Notes: a model not told the origin generated them from the sequence alone. A stretch of 50,508 nt of DNA from a bacterium (GCA_021847925.1 JAJZNI010000016.1:1-50508); one strand, 5' to 3'. Positions 8,933 to 18,036 are shown, counted from the stretch's first letter. A program made the numbers and translations.

Positions 8933-11350
8933 TCAGGCCTCGATCACCTGGCCCAGGCGCTCCTCCTCCGCGGCGCGGTGCGCCACCAGCACGGCGTGCA
9001 GCCGCTGGAGCACCGGGCGGAAGGCGGCCTGGTCGCTCGGGGTCGGCCCGTTCGGGGCCACGTCGTCGAGGAGGCGGACGAGCGTGGCCGTGTCGCGGGC
9101 GATCTCGGCATGCTGGCGCCGCGCCGCGGCCAGCTCTCCGCCGCCGAGACCGTAATGGAGGAGCAGCGGGTACATCAGCTCCTCCTCCCTCCTCTCGTGG
9201 GGCAGCACCTCGTCGCAGAGGAACCGGCGAGCCTCCTCGAGCCTCCGGCGGGCCGCCGCCGGAGGGATCTCGCCGAGCGTGTCCGCGACCTCGATGAGGG
9301 CTCTGGTGCCCGCCCGCATGCCCCGGTGCTCGCGGAGGGTGCTCCTCCACTGCGACGCGGGCCCACCCGCGGCCCGGTGCTCGCGCGCCGCTCGCAGCGC
9401 GTTGAGGATGACCGCGGCGTCGATGACCTCCTGGAGAGCCGCACCGACCGCGGGGACGAGGAGGCCGATGCCGGCGAGCACCATGGCGCCCGCCGACAGA
9501 GCCATGCCCGCGGCCATGCTCTGGACCGCGATCGCCCGGCTCCGCCGCGCGATCTCCACCGCCTCCCCCACCCTCTCGATGCGGTCGGCCATCAGCACGG
9601 CGTCGGCGACCTCCGAGGACGCCGTCGCACCGCGCGCGCCCATGGCGACGCCCACGTCGGCGGCCGCCAGGGCGGGAGCGTCGTTGATGCCGTCGCCCAC
9701 CATGACGACGGTCCCGTGGCGCCTCTCCGCCTCGACGACCTCCAGCTTTCGCTCCGGCGTGCACTCCGCGTACGCGTCATCGAGGCCCGTGGCGGACGAT
9801 ACCTGACGGGCGGCGGCGGTCTGGTCCCCGGTCACCATCACGACCCGCCGGATGCCCGACCTGCGCAGGCGCTCGACCGCCAGGCGGGCATCGGGCCGGA
9901 CCGGGTCCTCGAGGACGAACGCCGCGCGCAACTCGCCGCCGACACCGAGGAACACGGCCACCTGCCCCTCGCGGGCGGCGCTCTGGCGGAGCTCGTCCGC
10001 CCACTGCGGGACCGAGCCGGCGCCGGCATAGACCGCCCTGCCCACGCGGAGCGTCTGGTCGCCGATCCGCCCGCAGATGCCCTGCCCGGGCTCCTCGCGC
10101 ACGGATCTCGGCAGCGCCAGGGCCTCCCCCGCGTCGCGGGCGGCCTCGACGATGGGCCGCGCCAGGGGGTGGGTGGAGGCCTGCTCCAGCGAGGCCGCGA
10201 ACCACAGCGCATCCGCGGATGAGATCCGCTCCGACGTCGCGACGCGCCGCAGCGTGGGGCGGCCCTCCGTCAGCGTGCCCGTCTTGTCGAACAGAACCGT
10301 GCGAGCTCGCCCCAGGACCTCGAGAGCCGAGCCGCTCTTCACCACCACGCCGCGGCGCGCACACCGCGACATGCCCCCGACCAGGGCGATCGGCGCGGCG
10401 AGGATCAGGGGACAGGGGGTGGCCACGACCAGCACCGCCACCGCCCGCGTCAGCGAATGCGCCGCGATCCCCGCCACGGCCGCGAGAGCGACGGTGACGG
10501 GGACGAACCACACCGCGAACCGATCGGCCATGCGCACGAGCGGCGCGCGGGACTGCTCCGCGGCGCGGACCAGGCGCACGAGCTGCGCGTAGGTCCCCTC
10601 GCTCGCCAGCGCGCTCGCCCGCATCCGGAAGGCACCCCCTCCGTTCAGCACCCCGCTGCGCACCGCGTCGCCGGGCAGGCGCTGCACCGGGACCGCCTCG
10701 CCGGTGAGCGGCGACTCGTCGAGGAAGGCGGGATCGACGAGGTTCCCGTCGAGGGGGACGACCTCGCTCGGGGCGACGAGGATGACGTCGCCCGGCCGGA
10801 TGGCGTCCACATCCACCGTCGTCACGGCGGCGCCCGCGAGCCGCCGCGCCGTCACCGGCGCGCGGTTGATGAGGGAGCTGAGCTCGCGCCGCGCCCGCCG
10901 CGACGCACGCGCCTCCAGAGCCCGCCCCGAGGCCAGCATCAGGGCGATGACGCTCCCGGCCAGCGTCTCCCCGATGGCGAGGGCACCCGCGAGGGCCAGC
11001 ACCGCCACCGCGTCGACGCTCACGTGCCCGCGCGCGACGTGGCGGACGAGATCGGCCCCGGAGAGCACCAGGGCCACGGCCGTGACCGCGCCCCACACCC
11101 AGCCGGCGGCGCTCGTGAGGCCCGCCCAGCGGAGACCACCCCCGGCAGCCATGGCCACGGCGGCCACCACCACGGCGGCGTCCATGGCGCGTCCCGGCAG
11201 GGGTCCGTGCCGGGAGCGGGCAGCCTCGCCGGACGCCGGTCGGCGCGGGGAGCCGGCGGCACCGCCTCGCGCAGGGCGCCTCTCACGCCCGTCGGGGGCG
11301 GGGGACGCACCGGGCCCGCGAAGGGACACCCGCGGGATCCCGCGCCACAT
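8933..11350 (-). CDS. P1B-type heavy-metal-translocating ATPase with TPCP transmembrane motif and C-terminal hemerythrin-like domain (P1B-5-like)
   Basis: DKTGTLT, MVTGD, GDGINDAPAL, and TM motif ATPCPL. No N-terminal metal-binding domain. C-terminal ~140 aa have PHERREEE and HRAAEEE (HxxxE). Start ambiguous: ATG at 11350 follows TGA-GGGAGG of the upstream gene; ATG at 11185 begins directly at the first TM segment. Confidence 0.9.
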   Translation of the reverse strand: MWRGIPRVSLRGPGASPAPDGRERRPARGGAAGSPRRPASGEAARSRHGPLPGRAMDAAVVVAAVAMAAGGGLRWAGLTSAAGWVWGAVTAVALVLSGADLVRHVARGHVSVDAVAVLALAGALAIGETLAGSVIALMLASGRALEARASRRARRELSSLINRAPVTARRLAGAAVTTVDVDAIRPGDVILVAPSEVVPLDGNLVDPAFLDESPLTGEAVPVQRLPGDAVRSGVLNGGGAFRMRASALASEGTYAQLVRLVRAAEQSRAPLVRMADRFAVWFVPVTVALAAVAGIAAHSLTRAVAVLVVATPCPLILAAPIALVGGMSRCARRGVVVKSGSALEVLGRARTVLFDKTGTLTEGRPTLRRVATSERISSADALWFAASLEQASTHPLARPIVEAARDAGEALALPRSVREEPGQGICGRIGDQTLRVGRAVYAGAGSVPQWADELRQSAAREGQVAVFLGVGGELRAAFVLEDPVRPDARLAVERLRRSGIRRVVMVTGDQTAAARQVSSATGLDDAYAECTPERKLEVVEAERRHGTVVMVGDGINDAPALAAADVGVAMGARGATASSEVADAVLMADRIERVGEAVEIARRSRAIAVQSMAAGMALSAGAMVLAGIGLLVPAVGAALQEVIDAAVILNALRAAREHRAAGGPASQWRSTLREHRGMRAGTRALIEVADTLGEIPPAAARRRLEEARRFLCDEVLPHERREEELMYPLLLHYGLGGGELAAARRQHAEIARDTATLVRLLDDVAPNGPTPSDQAAFRPVLQRLHAVLVAHRAAEEERLGQVIEA

Positions 11351-11366
11351 GGACGGCCGGCCTCCC

Positions 11367-12422
11367 TCAGCTGCCGGGGTAGGTGCCGAGCGTGACGGGG
11401 AGCGCCGCCGCGGCGCCACCTGCCCTCACCAGCTCGAGATGCACGGATGCGCCCGGCTCGAGGCCGGCGAGGATCGAGCTCAGGTCCGTCGCGGTACGCA
11501 CCGGGGTGCCGTTGAGCGAGGTGATCCTGTCGCCGGGAACCAGACCGGCCCGGCCGGCCGGGCCGCCCGGGACGACGGCGATGACCACCGCCCCGTGGGT
11601 GGTGTCGCTCGCCACCTGCACGCCGAGGTAGGCGCGCTTGGAGTCGACGACCGCCCCATGGGCGACGATCTGGCCGGCGAGGTCCTTTACCGTGTTGCTG
11701 GGGATGGCGAACCCGATGCCCGGCACGGCGCCGCCGTCATTCGGGTCCACGACCCCGAGGGTGGGGATCCCGATGACCCTCCCGTCCACATCGACCAGCG
11801 CGCCCCCGCTGTTCCCCGGGTTGATCGCCGCGCTGGTCTGGATCACCGCGGGCAGCACCACCCCGTTCCCCTCGGGAACGCCGGTCCGGAACCCGCTCAC
11901 GATCCCGTCGGTGACGCTGGACCGCAGCCCCAGCGGGTTGCCCACGGCCAGCACGATGGCGCCGACCTCGAGCCTGCTCGAGTCCCCGAACGAGGCCGGG
12001 GTCAGCGCTGCCGCCCCGGGATCCACCCTGACCACCGCGAGATCGTTGGGCGCGTACGCGCTGACGAGGGACGCGGGCAGCGTCACGCCGTCGGCGAAGG
12101 TGACCCTGAAGGACGTCGCGCCGGCGACGACGTGGGCGTTCGTGACGATGTCCCCGTGAGCATCGAACACCACCCCCGAGCCCAGTCCCTGTGACGTGGA
12201 GATCTGCACCACCGAGGGGCCGACCCGGTCCACGACGGCGACGAAGCGATCCTGGAGGGCGCCGGCGGCGTCGGAGGCGCCCGCGAAGGGCGCCGGGGAC
12301 GCCGGGGCGGGCGAGGAGCCTCCCGAGGCGCCACCGCACGCCGCCGAGACGGCGGCGGTGGCGCCCAGGAGGGCCACCACCCAGAGACGGTGGACCGAGG
12401 AGGAGGCACGCGGGTGTCGCAC
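11367..12422 (-). CDS. Trypsin-like serine protease, S1C (HtrA-like) with PDZ domain; probable lipoprotein/secreted
   Basis: VTNAHVV (His), NDLAVV (Asp), GNSGGALVD (Ser), PDZ GDRITSLNG. N-terminus VRHPRASSSVHRLWVVALLGATAAVSAACGG. Start taken as GTG at 12420-12422 because GC3 drops upstream. Confidence 0.85.
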   Translation of the reverse strand: MRHPRASSSVHRLWVVALLGATAAVSAACGGASGGSSPAPASPAPFAGASDAAGALQDRFVAVVDRVGPSVVQISTSQGLGSGVVFDAHGDIVTNAHVVAGATSFRVTFADGVTLPASLVSAYAPNDLAVVRVDPGAAALTPASFGDSSRLEVGAIVLAVGNPLGLRSSVTDGIVSGFRTGVPEGNGVVLPAVIQTSAAINPGNSGGALVDVDGRVIGIPTLGVVDPNDGGAVPGIGFAIPSNTVKDLAGQIVAHGAVVDSKRAYLGVQVASDTTHGAVVIAVVPGGPAGRAGLVPGDRITSLNGTPVRTATDLSSILAGLEPGASVHLELVRAGGAAAALPVTLGTYPGS

Positions 12423-12445
12423 GGGGGCAGCGTCGCATCCGGTGC

Positions 12446-12463
12446 TGAACCGAGGATGAACCG
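12446..12463. promoter_or_regulatory. Direct repeat TGAACCG-N4-TGAACCG (11-bp phasing), flanked by GGTGCTG on both sides
   Basis: The sequence ggtgcTGAACCGaggaTGAACCGggtgctg at 12441-12470 lies in the gap between the HtrA-like gene and the small HTH ORF, next to an OmpR-family two-component system. Confidence 0.3.
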
Positions 12464-12638
12464 GGTGCTGCGCCGTCGCCTCGCGCTTCAGCCTGACTTC
12501 ATCTCCCCCCTCCAGCATCGAGCCCTGTCGGCGGGGCCCGTCCCCGCGCATCGACCGGCTTCGGAGAGTGAACCATGGTGGGGACGCTGCGGCGCGAGAC
12601 GTCCGCGCCCGGGCCACCGCGGACGGTGGGAGGCTGAC

Positions 12639-12878
12639 GTGCGCGCGGCCCACCCCGGCGTCCTCGATCCCTTCCAGAGGCACCGCTGGGCGCGCGCCCT
12701 CCAGCGCTGGGCTCCCGACCTCTGCACCGTTGCCGGGGCGGCCGACATCCTCGGCATCGATCCCCACCGCCTCGCCCGCGCCCTCTCGAGGCAGGTCCAG
12801 GGCCCGCCCGTGACCCCGCAGACGCGCCTCACGCGGGCTGAGCTGGTCGCGGCGCTGCGACACCGGGAGCCGCCGTAG
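12639..12878 (+). CDS. Small (79 aa) putative helix-turn-helix protein
   Basis: GTG at 12639 is preceded by GGGAGG (12628-12633). By my count 73 of 79 codons end in G/C. HTH-like segment CTVAGAADILGIDPHRLARAL. The 3' end overlaps the convergent kinase gene by 50 nt. Confidence 0.4.
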   Translation: MRAAHPGVLDPFQRHRWARALQRWAPDLCTVAGAADILGIDPHRLARALSRQVQGPPVTPQTRLTRAELVAALRHREPP

Positions 12879-14307
12879 CGGCGCCCCCGGCGCCGTCCCG
12901 GTCCGGCCGCCGCCGGGGCAGCTCGACCACGAAGCACGCGCCCCGCTCGGTGGCCTCGTCGAGCCGGATGGTGCCCCCGTGAGCCGCGACCACGGCTGCC
13001 GTGAGGGCGAGGCCGAGTCCGGAGCCTCCGGTGTCGCGACCCCGCGCGGGATCGGAGCGCGAGAAGCGCCGGAAGAGCCGCGGGCGCACGGACCGGTCCA
13101 CCCCCGGGCCCTGGTCGCGGACCGTGAGCCGCCACGCGGTGTCGTCGAAGGAGGCCGCGATCGCGACGGTGCCGCCCGCCGGGGAGTGGCGGATGGCGTT
13201 GCCGACGAGGTTGTCGACCGCTCGCCGCATCAGCTCGGGATCGATGGCGACCAGCTCCTCCTGGGGGATGTCGACCACGATGGCCACGCCCGACCGGCCG
13301 GCCAGCGCCCTCCAGTGCTCCGCAGCCTCCTCGAGGAAGTCGAAGACATCGACCTGCTGGAGGGCGGGCCGCAGCTCACCGGCGTCCGCCCTCGCGAGCA
13401 CGAGCAGATGGTCGACGATGCGGGTGAGCCGGTCGGCCTCGGCCAGGACCGCCGCGAGCGCGTGGCGGTACCCGGGGACGTCGCGCTCGCGCCGCAGGGT
13501 GACCTCGACCTCCGAGCGCAGCGCGGCGAGCGGCCCCCGCAACTCGTGCGCCGCGTCGGCGGTGAAGCGCTGGAGCACGTCGAAGGCCGTCTGGAGCCGG
13601 TCCAGCATCGCGTCGAAGGTGGCGGCCAGCCTGCCCAGCTCGTCCGCGGGGAGATCCAGGTGGAGGCGGCGGTCGAGGCTGTGCTCGCTCAGGTCCCGGG
13701 CGGCGGCGGTGATCCGGCGCACCGGGCTCAGCACGCGCCCGGCGAGGAGGTAGGCGGAGAGCGCCGATCCCCCGACGAGGAGCACGACCGTGATCCCGAG
13801 GAGGAGAGCCACCAGGTGCATGGAGCTCTCGTAGAGATCCAGCGGGTGGCTGAGCACCAGGGTGTCCACCCGGCCACCGGGAAGGGTCACGCGGTGGATG
13901 AGGAGCCGCTGGTCGACGCCGGCGATGGCCCTGGTCTCGAGCACGGGAGAGCCCTCCACCCGCAGGGCATCCCGCACCGCGGGCATCACCGCGGCGGCCT
14001 CGGGGGCGATCCCTGCCGCATCGACGACGGCGCCGCGGGAGTCGAGGATCAGGGCGCCGATCGCCGTGCCGTCCGGTGCCTCGGCGGGAAGCACCGAGCC
14101 GCCGTGGAAGAGCACGGTCTCGCCGCTCGCCTCCAGCCCCGAGGAGATCACCTGCGCCTGGCCGCGCAGGCTGCTGTCGATGGTGGCGAGCGAGGAGCCG
14201 GTGAACGCGAACCAGAACGCGGCGGCGCCGGCCGTGAGCATCACCGCGGCCGCCGCGGTGTACGCGAGCGTCAGGCGGACGCGGGTGCGGCGGAGGAAGT
14301 CGCGCAT
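12829..14307 (-). CDS. Sensor histidine kinase (two TM segments, HAMP, HisKA, HATPase_c); CusS/MprB-like architecture
   Basis: H-box AAHELRGPLAAL, N-box VGNAIRHS, G-box GSGLGLAL. N-terminus RVRLTLAYTAAAAVML. Overlaps the regulator gene by 37 nt. Confidence 0.9.
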   Translation of the reverse strand: MRDFLRRTRVRLTLAYTAAAAVMLTAGAAAFWFAFTGSSLATIDSSLRGQAQVISSGLEASGETVLFHGGSVLPAEAPDGTAIGALILDSRGAVVDAAGIAPEAAAVMPAVRDALRVEGSPVLETRAIAGVDQRLLIHRVTLPGGRVDTLVLSHPLDLYESSMHLVALLLGITVVLLVGGSALSAYLLAGRVLSPVRRITAAARDLSEHSLDRRLHLDLPADELGRLAATFDAMLDRLQTAFDVLQRFTADAAHELRGPLAALRSEVEVTLRRERDVPGYRHALAAVLAEADRLTRIVDHLLVLARADAGELRPALQQVDVFDFLEEAAEHWRALAGRSGVAIVVDIPQEELVAIDPELMRRAVDNLVGNAIRHSPAGGTVAIAASFDDTAWRLTVRDQGPGVDRSVRPRLFRRFSRSDPARGRDTGGSGLGLALTAAVVAAHGGTIRLDEATERGACFVVELPRRRPDRDGAGGAATAAPGVAAPRPAQPA

Positions 14308-14984
14308 GCTCGCCCTGGCTCGAGCCGGTACCCCGCACCGCGCAGGGTGACGATGGGGTCGGCGACACCGGCCGCGGCGAGCTTGCGCCGGATGCGCGCG
14401 ATGTAGACCTCGATGAGATTCGAGTCGCTGTCGAACTCGTAGTTCCAGACGTGCTCCTCGATCTGAACCCGGCTCAGCAGCTGCCGCGGGTGGTGCATCA
14501 GGTACTCGAGGATCGCGAACTCCTTGCCGGTGAGGGCCAGCGGCACACCTCCGACCGTCGCGCGCCGCGCCGCGACGTCGAGGGAGAGGATGCCGGCCGA
14601 GAGCCGGTTGGCCCGGGAGTCGAGGTGGCGCCGCACCAGCGCCCGCACGCGGGCCAGCAGCTCCGCGAAGGCGAACGGCTTGACGAGGTAGTCGTCGGCA
14701 CCTGACTCGAGGCCGCGCACCCGGTCCTCCACCGCGTCGCGGGCGGTCAGCATCAGGACCGGTGTGCGGATCCGCTGCGCCCGCAGCCGACCGCAGACGT
14801 CGAAGCCGTCCCCCTCACCCGGAAGCATGACGTCAAGGACGATGACGTCGAAGGCGGTGGTGAGCGCGGCGGCGATCGCCTCGCCGCCCTCGCGCACGAC
14901 GTCGACGCCGAACCCCTCCTCGCTCAGACCGCGGCGCAGGGACTCGGCGGTCTGGCGGTCATCCTCCACGACCAGGATTCGCAT
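14271..14984 (-). CDS. OmpR-family response regulator
   Basis: MRILVVEDD, receiver Asp in VIVLDVMLPG, winged helix LTGKEFAILEYLM...RGAGYRL. GGAGG lies 6 nt upstream of the ATG. Confidence 0.95.
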   Translation of the reverse strand: MRILVVEDDRQTAESLRRGLSEEGFGVDVVREGGEAIAAALTTAFDVIVLDVMLPGEGDGFDVCGRLRAQRIRTPVLMLTARDAVEDRVRGLESGADDYLVKPFAFAELLARVRALVRRHLDSRANRLSAGILSLDVAARRATVGGVPLALTGKEFAILEYLMHHPRQLLSRVQIEEHVWNYEFDSDSNLIEVYIARIRRKLAAAGVADPIVTLRGAGYRLEPGRACATSSAAPASA

Positions 14985-15394
14985 GCCTGCCTCCGCCGCG
15001 GGAGCCCCCGGCGCCGCTGGCGCCGCCGTGGCCCCCGGTAAGCGACGATGCGCGGGGCGCCCGCCGCGCGCCAGGGCCGCATGGCCACCAGCCGGGGGTC
15101 GGGGGTCACCAGCGGTCCGGGCCGTTCAGCCCACCACACGAGGACCTCGACCCCCTCCCCCCGGGGTGCCCCAGCCGGGCTTCCGTGCGAGCCGCGCTGC
15201 CAGCCCTTGTCAGCTCCGGTCTCCCCTCCTGCGGGCGATGCATCGTCCGGTGGAAGCGTCGGCGTCTGGGATGAAGGTAACCGCCGAACCTGAAACGAAT
15301 CTGAACCGCCCGTGGCCTCCGCCAGCACCTCTCGGTGCGAGGCGCCGCCCGTTCTGATGCGCTGATCAACCCACTGCGGTTGGGCCGTGCCCTG

Positions 15395-15586
15395 CATGGA
15401 TGCGAGCAACCCCATCGGGGCGGCCACCCCCACCCCGTCCTGGAGCACGCTCCAGCCGAGCAGGGCGCCGCCCGCCAGGTACCCGAGGATGGCGGGAAGC
15501 CCGGCCCTGCGCGTGAGCCACCCCGCGGCGGCCGCGAGCCCGAGGAGGAGCCCGATCTCCAGGACGTCCGTCGCGGAGGTCTCCAT
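15395..15586 (-). pseudogene. N-terminal remnant (~60 codons) of a cation:proton antiporter (Kef/NhaP-type)
   Basis: METSATDVLEIGLLLGLAAAAGWLTRRAGLPAILGYLAGGALLGWSVL resembles the first two TM helices of CPA-family antiporters. Family resemblance and GC3 both collapse near 15395. The remaining 160 codons of ORF 14924..15586 look like noise and run into the regulator gene. Confidence 0.35.
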
Positions 15587-15638
15587 GAGCCGATTCTGCC
15601 CCGGTCATCCGCCGGCCCCGCGCGACTGACTGCCCGGG

Positions 15639-16793
15639 TCAGTTCCCGCCATGCGGAGCGACCGAGGCGGCCCGGGTGAGGATCGCGGCCGCGCGGCGCA
15701 GCAGCCTGGAGGCGAGGAGCAGCGGGTCCTCACCCGAGTCTGCGACCTCACCCAGCGAGACAGCGGACGTGAACCCCGGGGGCAGAGCGAGCACCGAGCC
15801 GGCCACCGCGATGCAGGGGACGCCGTGGAGCGCCGCCCGACGGGCGACCTCGGCCGGGGCCTTTCCTGCGGCGGTCTGCGTATCAAGCCGTCCCTCCCCC
15901 GTGATGACCAGGTCGCAGCCGTCCAGGGCCGCGTCGAGGCCGAGGGCGTCGGCCACCAGGGCCGCGCCGGGCACCAGATCAGCTCCGAGGACGGCCAGAC
16001 CCCAGCCGCAGCCCCCGGCGGCCCCCGTCCCGGGAGCTGCGGAGAGCCGCGCTGGAATGCCGCCATCCCTCTCCATGACGGAGACCAGACGGGCCAGGCC
16101 GTCCTCGAGCTGGACCACCTGCTCGGGGCTCGCCCCCTTCTGGGGAGCAAACACTCTGGCGGCGCCCGCCGGACCGAGGAGCGGGCTGAGCACGTCGACG
16201 GCTGCCTCGAGGCGCAGCCGGCCAATGCGCGGATGCAGTTCGCTGAGGTCGACGCGGTCCAGCCCCGTGAGAGCCCCGCCGCCGCCGCGCAGCGGCTGCC
16301 CTCGACGATCCAGGAGCCGGGCGCCCAGGGCTGTCAGGAGCCCCGCTCCGCCATCGGTTGACGCCGAGCCCCCGAGTCCGACCACTACACGTCGCGCGCC
16401 GCCGTCGATGGCGCGCGCCAGCATCTCCCCCACGCCACGCGACGTCGCGTCCAGCGGACGTGGGCTGGCCAGGCGGCGCAGCCCGGCCACCCCGGCCAGC
16501 TCCACGACGGCCGTCTCCTCGTCGAGCCAGCCGAGGCTCGCGATCGCCCGCCCGCCCAGCGGTCCTGAGACGGGATGGCGCTGGAGGTGAGCCCCCGAGA
16601 CACCGCGGACGAGGAGGCTGAGGGTGCCGTCGCCACCATCGGCCATGGGCACCGTGACCGGCTCCCCTCCCGCGTCGCGCACGCCGGCCGCCAGGGCACG
16701 CGCCGCAGCGGCCGCGCTCAGCGTCCCCCGGAAGGCATTGGGGGCACAGAGGACCCTGAGGCGCGTCGATGACGCGGTGAGCGGGCGGGTCAC
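15639..16793 (-). CDS. glxK: Glycerate kinase
   Basis: PMADGGDGT and VITGEGRLDTQTAAGKAP motifs. 384 aa. Confidence 0.9.
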   Translation of the reverse strand: MTRPLTASSTRLRVLCAPNAFRGTLSAAAAARALAAGVRDAGGEPVTVPMADGGDGTLSLLVRGVSGAHLQRHPVSGPLGGRAIASLGWLDEETAVVELAGVAGLRRLASPRPLDATSRGVGEMLARAIDGGARRVVVGLGGSASTDGGAGLLTALGARLLDRRGQPLRGGGGALTGLDRVDLSELHPRIGRLRLEAAVDVLSPLLGPAGAARVFAPQKGASPEQVVQLEDGLARLVSVMERDGGIPARLSAAPGTGAAGGCGWGLAVLGADLVPGAALVADALGLDAALDGCDLVITGEGRLDTQTAAGKAPAEVARRAALHGVPCIAVAGSVLALPPGFTSAVSLGEVADSGEDPLLLASRLLRRAAAILTRAASVAPHGGN

Positions 16794-16887
16794 CCCCTCT
16801 GCTCCACGCCGGCGGGGGGCGCCTCACCGCCCGGCGAGATGGGGCGGGGCTCGCTCCGCCGCAGGGTACCACTCGGCGTCCGCATCC

Positions 16888-18036
16888 TCACACCACGTTG
16901 TGCTCGGGGATCAGCAACCCCCTGGCGAAGCGCTCGGGTGCGAACGGCGCCAGGTCGAGCCGGGGCTCCTCTCCGATGAACTGCTCGGCCAGCAGCAGCC
17001 CCACGGCAGGTGCCTGCTGAAAGCCGTGTCCGGAAAAGCCGCAGGCGCACCAGAATCCCTCCAGGGCCGACACGGGACCCAGGACCGGCTGGTGATCCGG
17101 CGTGGACTCATACAGACCGACCCACCCGGTGCGGACCCCGGCGTCGAGCAGCGCGGGGGCACGCCGTGACGCCACCTGCCCAATCTCCTCAAGGAAGCCC
17201 CACCTCACCTCGGTCGCGAAGCTGGGCACCTCCTCCCTGGCGCCCATGCCGAAGAGCAGGCCGCCGCCCTCGGGGTGGAAGTACAGGGACGTCGAGAAGT
17301 CGATCACCATCGGATGATCGTGCGGAATCCGCGTGAGCGGCTCCGTCACGAACACGTGGCGGGGGTAGGGCAGCACCGGTATCGATACACCCACCAGTTC
17401 GCCGATTCCTCCAGACCAGGCTCCCGCACAGGTGAACACCGCCGCCGTGGAGAGATCTCCTGCGCTGGTGCGCACGCCGGTCACCCGCCCCATTCGGGTG
17501 TCGATCCCCCGCACCTCCACTCCCTCAAGGATCCGTGCACCCATGCGTCGAGCCGCGGCCGCGTAACCGATCGTCACCTCGTGGGGGCTCGCGATGCCGT
17601 CGCTCGGGCAGAATGTGCCCCCCAGGACCCCATCCGTCTCGAGCAACGGGGTCAGCTCCCGGATCTCCGAGGTGCTCACCCAGCGCGCGTCGTCGACGCC
17701 GCAATCCCGCCACATCCCAAGCAACCCCTCGAATCTCTCCACATCGGCATCATCGGTGAGGACGAAGAGATAGCCGGTGCGCCGGAACGACGGGTCGACG
17801 CCGATCTCGTCGGGGAATCGCTCGAGCAGGCGGACCGCGAGCTGCTGGATCTCGACGTTGCGGCGATACGAGAACTGACGGCGGACTCCCCCGGCGCAGC
17901 GGCCCGTGGATTGAGACCCGAGAGTCTCGCGTTCACACAGGGTCACGCGCACCCCCCGCGCGCTCAGGTGATATGCGATCGAGCATCCGATGACGCCGCC
18001 GCCGATGATCACCACGTCTGCCCCGTCGCGCGTCAC
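16888..18036 (-). CDS. FAD-dependent oxidoreductase, DAO family (sarcosine oxidase beta / D-amino-acid oxidase-like)
   Basis: DVVIIGGGVIGCSIAYHL dinucleotide fold, C-terminal GFSGHGF. The GTG start at 18034-18036 overlaps the upstream stop as GTGA. The upstream part of ORF 16888..18324 is rejected. Confidence 0.9.
   Translation of the reverse strand: MTRDGADVVIIGGGVIGCSIAYHLSARGVRVTLCERETLGSQSTGRCAGGVRRQFSYRRNVEIQQLAVRLLERFPDEIGVDPSFRRTGYLFVLTDDADVERFEGLLGMWRDCGVDDARWVSTSEIRELTPLLETDGVLGGTFCPSDGIASPHEVTIGYAAAARRMGARILEGVEVRGIDTRMGRVTGVRTSAGDLSTAAVFTCAGAWSGGIGELVGVSIPVLPYPRHVFVTEPLTRIPHDHPMVIDFSTSLYFHPEGGGLLFGMGAREEVPSFATEVRWGFLEEIGQVASRRAPALLDAGVRTGWVGLYESTPDHQPVLGPVSALEGFWCACGFSGHGFQQAPAVGLLLAEQFIGEEPRLDLAPFAPERFARGLLIPEHNVV

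Noticed and set aside
15048-15293. 81-aa plus-strand ORF, and other small ORFs, in the large gap upstream of the response regulator.
   Set aside because: Pro/Ser/Gly-rich peptide with no motif, only moderate GC3 (about 78 percent by my count) and no SD. Not distinguishable from chance in this base composition.
14985-15400. Possible riboswitch or structured RNA in the 400-bp gap. I looked for cobalamin B12-box, Mn (yybP-ykoY) and c-di-AMP-like elements.
   Set aside because: Only loose resemblances (for example GGGGAGACCGGAGCTGACAAGG). No consensus core could be matched by eye, so a covariance-model scan is needed. Kept only as an unexplained region in the findings.
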